From NCBI GenBank assembly GCA_002269645.1, contig NIVC01000716.1, forward strand, positions 331,426 through 395,425: 64,000 nt of DNA, given 5' to 3'. How positions within the stretch are numbered: the first letter of the stretch is position 1; every line of letters begins with the position of its first letter. The DNA comes from Macrostomum lignano. Taxonomy: Eukaryota. The notes beneath the pieces were generated by a model. The model had not been told where the DNA came from and searched no databases. It saw nothing but the letters and a program-made list of their open reading frames with translations. Below are positions 58,500 to 64,000 of the stretch, one piece after another. A program made the translations under genes and the position numbers.

Positions 58500-59358
58500 A
58501 TGGAAGCGATTTCTGAAAGACTAAATAATATTGTTTCTCACTCCAAGGAGAGCATTCCTATTACAATAACTGGGCGAATTAATGACTCAAACGGGATATT
58601 TGTTGAAAAATTAGAGCAGGCGATTCGCCTGGATCCAGGTGCTAATTACCATGTCTATCTTAACGACTTCACTGGTTGGTCAAACGTTCCCAATGTGATG
58701 GCAGCAAATAATAAGTTTTATTACAAATGGAAAGGTGCAGCAGCAGAACCTGTGGTATTCCATGTGAGCACGCAAAGCGTGGATACCTACAATTACTTTC
58801 TAGAAAATGTCTTTACTAAGAGAGGCCATTTTGAGACACCTGAGTAAGCCAGAGAAGAAACTGTTCCCTGTCAAACTAACCTATGATCTCACTGTAATGA
58901 GAGTGGTCATGCAAGTTCACAAAGATGCGGAGGTTGAGTTTAAAGATGACACTTGGTATAGGGAACTGGGATTCGAGAAGAAAGTTTATAAGACAGAATC
59001 CGCGGCGCGGACCGCCACTCAAGCATCGGGGACTGTTAGAATGGTCCGGGAAAGTGTAAGCGGTTTGTTCTTAGCACCCAATATTGCAGACATTGTAAAG
59101 GGTTTAAATATTCTAATCTGAAGTAATCTTAGTCTTGATTGGGTATTTAAGGGAAAGCGAACTAATATTTTGTACAACATCTCCAACTCTGTAGCTGGAG
59201 GACAGATGGTGGTAGAGAAACCAAATCCAGTGAAAAGAGTTGTATTGAGTAATAAGGAGATTCACGAGATTGTGCTACAGTTTGAGACTGAAGATGGGAT
59301 GGGTGTTGATTTCAACGGTGAAGAGTTTGTATTGACGTTGATCATTGAGAGAATGTAA
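58500..59358 (+). pseudogene. Minor capsid protein, frameshift near 58845 and nonsense near 59119
   Basis: Colinear with 15647-16510. Confidence 0.8.
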
Positions 59359-59470
59359 GAAAATGCGTTCCCTTTAAGTATGCTTGCCGAGAATAGAGTG
59401 GTTTGAAAAAATGCGCGCATGTGTACTCAAAATCTCTTACCCCATTCTGGCAGTTTGTGGGCACGGGCGT

Positions 59471-61248
59471 CGCGTGCGCGGGGGAGAGGGGAGTGTATGT
59501 GTATGGGCGCAGCGCGCGTTGGGGGGAGAGAGATTTTCACTTTAACTGAGCCCAGCCGAGGAAGAATTCCGTCTCGAGTGAAGGCCAGAATGCAAAGGAT
59601 TTCGGCCTCGCGCAAGGCCAAAATGAAAACGATTTCGGCCTCGGGCGAGGCCAGAATGAAAAGGATTTTGGCCTCGGGCGAGGCCAAAATGAAAACGATT
59701 TTGGCCTTTCAGTTTTTTTGGCTGCATACTATTAATTATAAGTCCTGTAACTTAAGTGAGAATACCGCTACTTTTCACCCTTAGATTATGTTGATTTTTT
59801 TGCTGTCCTAGGGAGGGGGGGGTGGTAGACTGATGTTATCCCCCTTAGATGAGTGTTGTAAGTATTGCCACTACTGACAACTACTGACTTTCAGCTTGAG
59901 ATTTTTAACGCAATTGTCTAATGATTTCTGCAAAGTTATAGTAGCTGTCGTAATCTTTTACGTAGGTTACTCCATACTTATGAAACCAGTGTCTTTGGAG
60001 AGCTAGATTAATATTAGGGACATTGATTTCAACGTCGGGCCAATATTTTCTCATGTACTCGCTACATTCTAGTTTGCATTGGTACTTGGATTTGTACAAT
60101 GGATTAGGCTGAGTATAATAAGAACCTGGAGAGACAACTGGAAACATTTTTATTGAGAATTAATTTTTTTTCAAAGGGTGAGGACCCTGCGCTGATAATT
60201 TAAAGTCTTTGGGATCTGGTTTCGCGTTGCAAATTGAATGTGGGGAGAAGAATGCAGATTATTTTCTGATTGTTTCTGGGTGGATGTTAGTGGATTATGT
60301 CAGTGTCAGTGAGCATAACAGGTGTCAGTGGACACCTGTTATGCTCTGATTCTGTCAGGGATAATATGGATGGATTTAGGTGGATTATGGAGGATGTTTT
60401 GTGAGCGAGTGCGACCCCCCTTTTTTCTGATTCTGTCAGGGATAATATGGATGGATTTAGGTGGATTATGGAGGATGTTTTGTGAGCGAGTGCGACCCCC
60501 CTTTTTTCTGATTCTGTCAGGGATAATATGGATGGATTTAATGGGATTATGGAGGATGTTTTGTGAGCGAGTGCGACCCCCCTTTTTTCTGATTCTGTCA
60601 GGGATAATATGGATGGATTTAGGTGGATTATGGAGGAGGTGAAAAATTTTGTCCCAGAAGCCCCCTCATGCCTTCTACTTTTGTTAAAATAGATTCGTTT
60701 TACCAGCCAACTATAACAGGCTCTAATCACCAGGGTCAGATGGATCTGCCTAGCGTTTGTGTTGAAGGCGAGAAAGCCCATTTAACACTACGTTTAACTG
60801 TTTAAAGCTTACAGATCCAATCAAGCTGCAATCAAGCGAAGGGACAATCCAAGCCTAAAAGGCGATCATCTGCGTTTTGGCGCTGATATTAAAAATTTGG
60901 CAAGTGAATTAGCCACAAGCGTGCCAAAACTGAAATGAAGTTTAAGCTAGTTTATGCCTGTTCGTTCGCCGCCTCGTTTTCTCTGCGCCTCGCCCCTCCC
61001 TCTCCGTCTCGCTGCCCCGCACCTGCCTCCTCCGCTTTGGTTTTAAAGCCTTCAGGCGTTGACTTTGCTCGCCTTCTCCGCTTCTGCCGTAGTCATTTTT
61101 CATTTTTCTGTGGTCTCCTTTATCCTTGTTCACTATTCCTACTCCTTTCCTTGATTCTTTGTAATCAAATTTTTATGCGTCGAGATAAACTCGTTTTATT
61201 CGTGGCGGCTTTTTGTACGTTTGCGCGCCTCGCCTCCCCATGTTGGCG
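59471..61248 (-). repeat. Right arm of long inverted repeat
   Basis: Inverse of 36630-38555; Polinton terminus at 60679. Confidence 0.93.
59905..60147 (-). CDS. Conserved 80-aa subterminal protein (right copy)
   Basis: Positional ortholog of 16515-16751. Confidence 0.68.
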   Translation of the reverse strand: MFPVVSPGSYYTQPNPLYKSKYQCKLECSEYMRKYWPDVEINVPNINLALQRHWFHKYGVTYVKDYDSYYNFAEIIRQLR

Positions 61249-61523
61249 TCCGCGTCTGGCTTCTTTCGTGCTCCGACCGTAAAATTAATCACAATAAAGT
61301 CCTCACTATGAATTTTTGGGCAAAGAAAGTTAACCAACATCTTTTAACTTGCAGAAGGTCGGTAGAAACCAAATTGGACAAATTATATAGGCGGAAATAT
61401 ATTCGAAAGCTGCTGAACGATTTCGCGTTAGCTAATAAAACCTGCGATTCCATGCCATAACCCATGCCAGAAAAAGCGCAACACGAGCTGTAAAACACCT
61501 GGCGGCTTCGCACTGCAACTTCA

Positions 61524-63807
61524 TCATTTGTCCAGCCGCCGCCGCAAGCTTCTCCTCTCTCGATGGAACTCTCGACTCATCTGTCGAAACTTCTCTTGGA
61601 GCTGGTCCTCTGACAGGCCGACAATGAGGTCGTCGCTCATGTAGGAAGGCTCCTTCTGCATTTTGGGTAGCGGGGCATGAATCAACAAAAGCTACACATT
61701 AAACAAGGGCGTTTTATATTCATTTTGCCCAGAACAGATGTCAGTATTCCAAACTTATTTAATGCTAATGCAATCCACCTCTATAATAGGTAGTAGGTAT
61801 TTACCCTGATTGGGACACTGCTGTTCAATTCCACAGGCTCTTCAGCGTCTTCGCTGTCATTAACCGCGTTTCCCGATGTGGCTACAGCTGTCGCAATGGG
61901 GATGGCGCTGGCGATGCTCGCTGCATTTGAAAATTTGCCGTCCAGCTGATCTGCGTGCTTCAAGATGACGCGTATCGCCCGGTTCACGTCAGCCTCGACG
62001 GCCCGCTCGCGCACGATGGCGTAGCGAATAATGTAGCGGTCGCGCACGCTGGCGGGCATGAGGTGCAGGTCACGTGATTGGTTAATCCGGCACACCAGCA
62101 GCCGGCTGAGGGCGTCACTGTCCTGCAGGAGTATTATTTCATACGTATAGATGGAAGCCAACTGAGAATCCCACAAGTTAAAATGCGCAAATAAGTAGAA
62201 ATAAGTAGTAGATTCCCACCCGAAATCGGAAGCACACTAGCGAGAAGCGAGTCTTGGCGGCCAGCTGAAATCTCCCATCCTTCAGAAGCTGGGACTCAAA
62301 GCTCTGTGCAAGTCGGCAGTGCTGGAAGGAAGAGATAAAGAACAGCGACTTTAAAAGCTAATTAGCTATTGTTTGTGCATGCATGCCACCATGAACAGTC
62401 ATTTGTGTTCATGGTAGCATACCACTAGGCTCACCAGTCTGATGTGCCGCTGCAGCCCCTCGACACCGTACAGTCGAATCACAAACCAGAGCTTGAGTGA
62501 GCGAAATCGTCGACTTAACGGGATGCCCCAGTCTTTAAGGTCGCAGATCTGCTCTGAGAAATCCGCAAGTCTATGCATGGTTAGTTCAAGCTAAAAACCC
62601 AAGTATGACTTTAATTATATATTTTTCTTTTAAAATATATACTTTAGACTCATGAAAAATTTTAAGTTAGCTCTAAAGCTGTAGTATCCATAAGCCGGAA
62701 GGCATATTATTAGCATATAAAGCACGCATGGAAAAATGACAGCGAGGACTGTATTAATCCGAGTGTAGAAGGTTTAACACTAGGAATCAAAAACCAGGGG
62801 AGATTCCTCCCTGACAATTTTTGCTTCACCAGAACGGAGCAACGCAGGTACACGAAATTCAAGAACGACTAATTGGCTAATTGGCTAATTGGCGCACAGG
62901 GGTGAATTGAAGACACCAGCGCTTATGGTAAAAGTCGGAGCTTCTGGCAGAGTTGTTGAATTTCTCCCACGGTTTGAAAGTCTGGCGACTTGATTCTTGT
63001 TCGCGAAGGTGCGCAACAAAACAATTAGTCTGTGTTCTTAAATTTCGCGTGCCTGCATGGCTGCGCTGCTCCGTTCTGGCGCAGCAAATTTTCAGGGGTC
63101 AAGGTGCTAGATTTACTGTTACGAGCATAAAATGCATTCCTTTTAACAATAAAATCAGAAATATTAAAGGACTCTCAAAGAAACCAGTCAATGATGTTTT
63201 ATGCATGCAGTTTTATGTTGTTGTCCAGCATGGCTTTTCAGTCTCACCTTAATGAGCAAAAACTCACCCAGTGGATTCGAAATCGGAGCGTCATCGACCG
63301 GAATCGATGCCCGAGGACCGGAAACAAAGGCGTCCTTCAGCTTGGATTGACTTTTAACCCTGTGAGTGTGTGCAGAAGTGGTGCTGTCTATTAGATAGTT
63401 ACTCTACAGATCGCATATTACTGGTTACTCTTATTTTTTACTACAAAAAATTGGTTTCCCACTCACCAGAGTACGCTGGCGTCGAAAGTGCACAGCAGCC
63501 ATTTGCTCGGATTGAAGTTGAACGAGTCGACTAACTGGAATGCCGAAAATAGATTCATAATATTCAAGCTGCTGGGTTTATAGTGCAACATCTGATCATA
63601 TGTTATGAATGGCTACTATGCTCATAAAATACAAATATCAAAAACCTCAATGCCTTGTAAGAGCGGACGGAACTCCGGGCACACCAGGGCGCCACCGGAG
63701 TACGCGGCGTCAACGTGGCACCAGAGCTGCTCGCGATGACAAACTGCGCCGACATCGCTCAGGTTGTCGCAAGAAGCGCAGGCTGTGGTGCCGAGGACAG
63801 CGCATAC
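61524..63807 (-). CDS. Host group II PLP-dependent aromatic amino acid decarboxylase (TDC/HDC/DDC family), 3' exons only
   Basis: GT-AG exons 63646-63807 (LGTT...HVDAAY), 63467-63534 (SFNFNPSKW), 63268-63359, 62435-62553 ([15 protein letters not shown]), 62220-62321 (LVCFR), 61805-62122 and 61524-61655; intron phases are consistent. Confidence 0.9.
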
Positions 63808-64000
63808 CTGAGAAAGCATGGATAGCGTGGGTGTGAAGATGCCATGTTGGAATGCGTGAGTTGCCTAGTTGCTCTTTTAGTGTGGTCGCTACTCAATTAA
63901 GTCGTTGAGTAATCAAAAGTCAATATGTCTAGATTCTGAGTACTTTATGACATTTTTCATTGTTAATTAGGGCTCAATTGATCTCGCATAAAATTTAAAT

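Larger units (their letters stand above)
37200..60679 (+). mobile_element. Maverick/Polinton element 2 (16852 bp without the EnSpm insert)
   Basis: Same AGTAGAAGGC...GCCTTCTACT termini and core gene order as element 1; no direct TSD. Confidence 0.94.

Overview
Eukaryotic (probably invertebrate animal) repeat-dense locus with almost no ordinary host sequence. It holds two related Maverick/Polinton (adintovirus-like) endogenous viruses of about 16-17 kb each, with the same core gene order: PLA2, rve integrase, pX-like protein, pPolB, adenain-type protease, membrane protein, coiled-coil protein, A32/FtsK ATPase, amphipathic core protein, Q-rich protein, major capsid, minor capsid. Polinton 1 (964-17134) has AGTAG...CTACT termini and a perfect 6-bp TSD (CACCAT). 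It splits in frame a D5-like primase gene belonging to an older Polinton-like relic, which also left a divergent pPolB C-terminus at 2-125. Polinton 2 (37200-60679) has no TSD; about 570 bp of flanking DNA is present in inverted orientation at both ends, and a 6.6-kb EnSpm/CACTA transposon interrupts it. Between the two lies a nested stack of LTR retrotransposons (three Gypsy, one BEL/Pao, one solo LTR), a SINE and a 99-bp AGT-terminated mini-element. The only host gene is the 3' half of a group II PLP-dependent aromatic amino acid decarboxylase (minus strand, 61524-63807). The most interesting leads: a Polinton membrane protein with tandem P(T/S)AP and LYPxI late-domain-like motifs (possible ESCRT recruitment), the Polinton-in-primase nesting, the inverted flank duplication, four divergent gene pairs spaced by exactly 30 bp, and a decarboxylase apparently lacking the catalytic-loop Tyr. 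All family assignments come from motif recognition by eye; no database searches were run.
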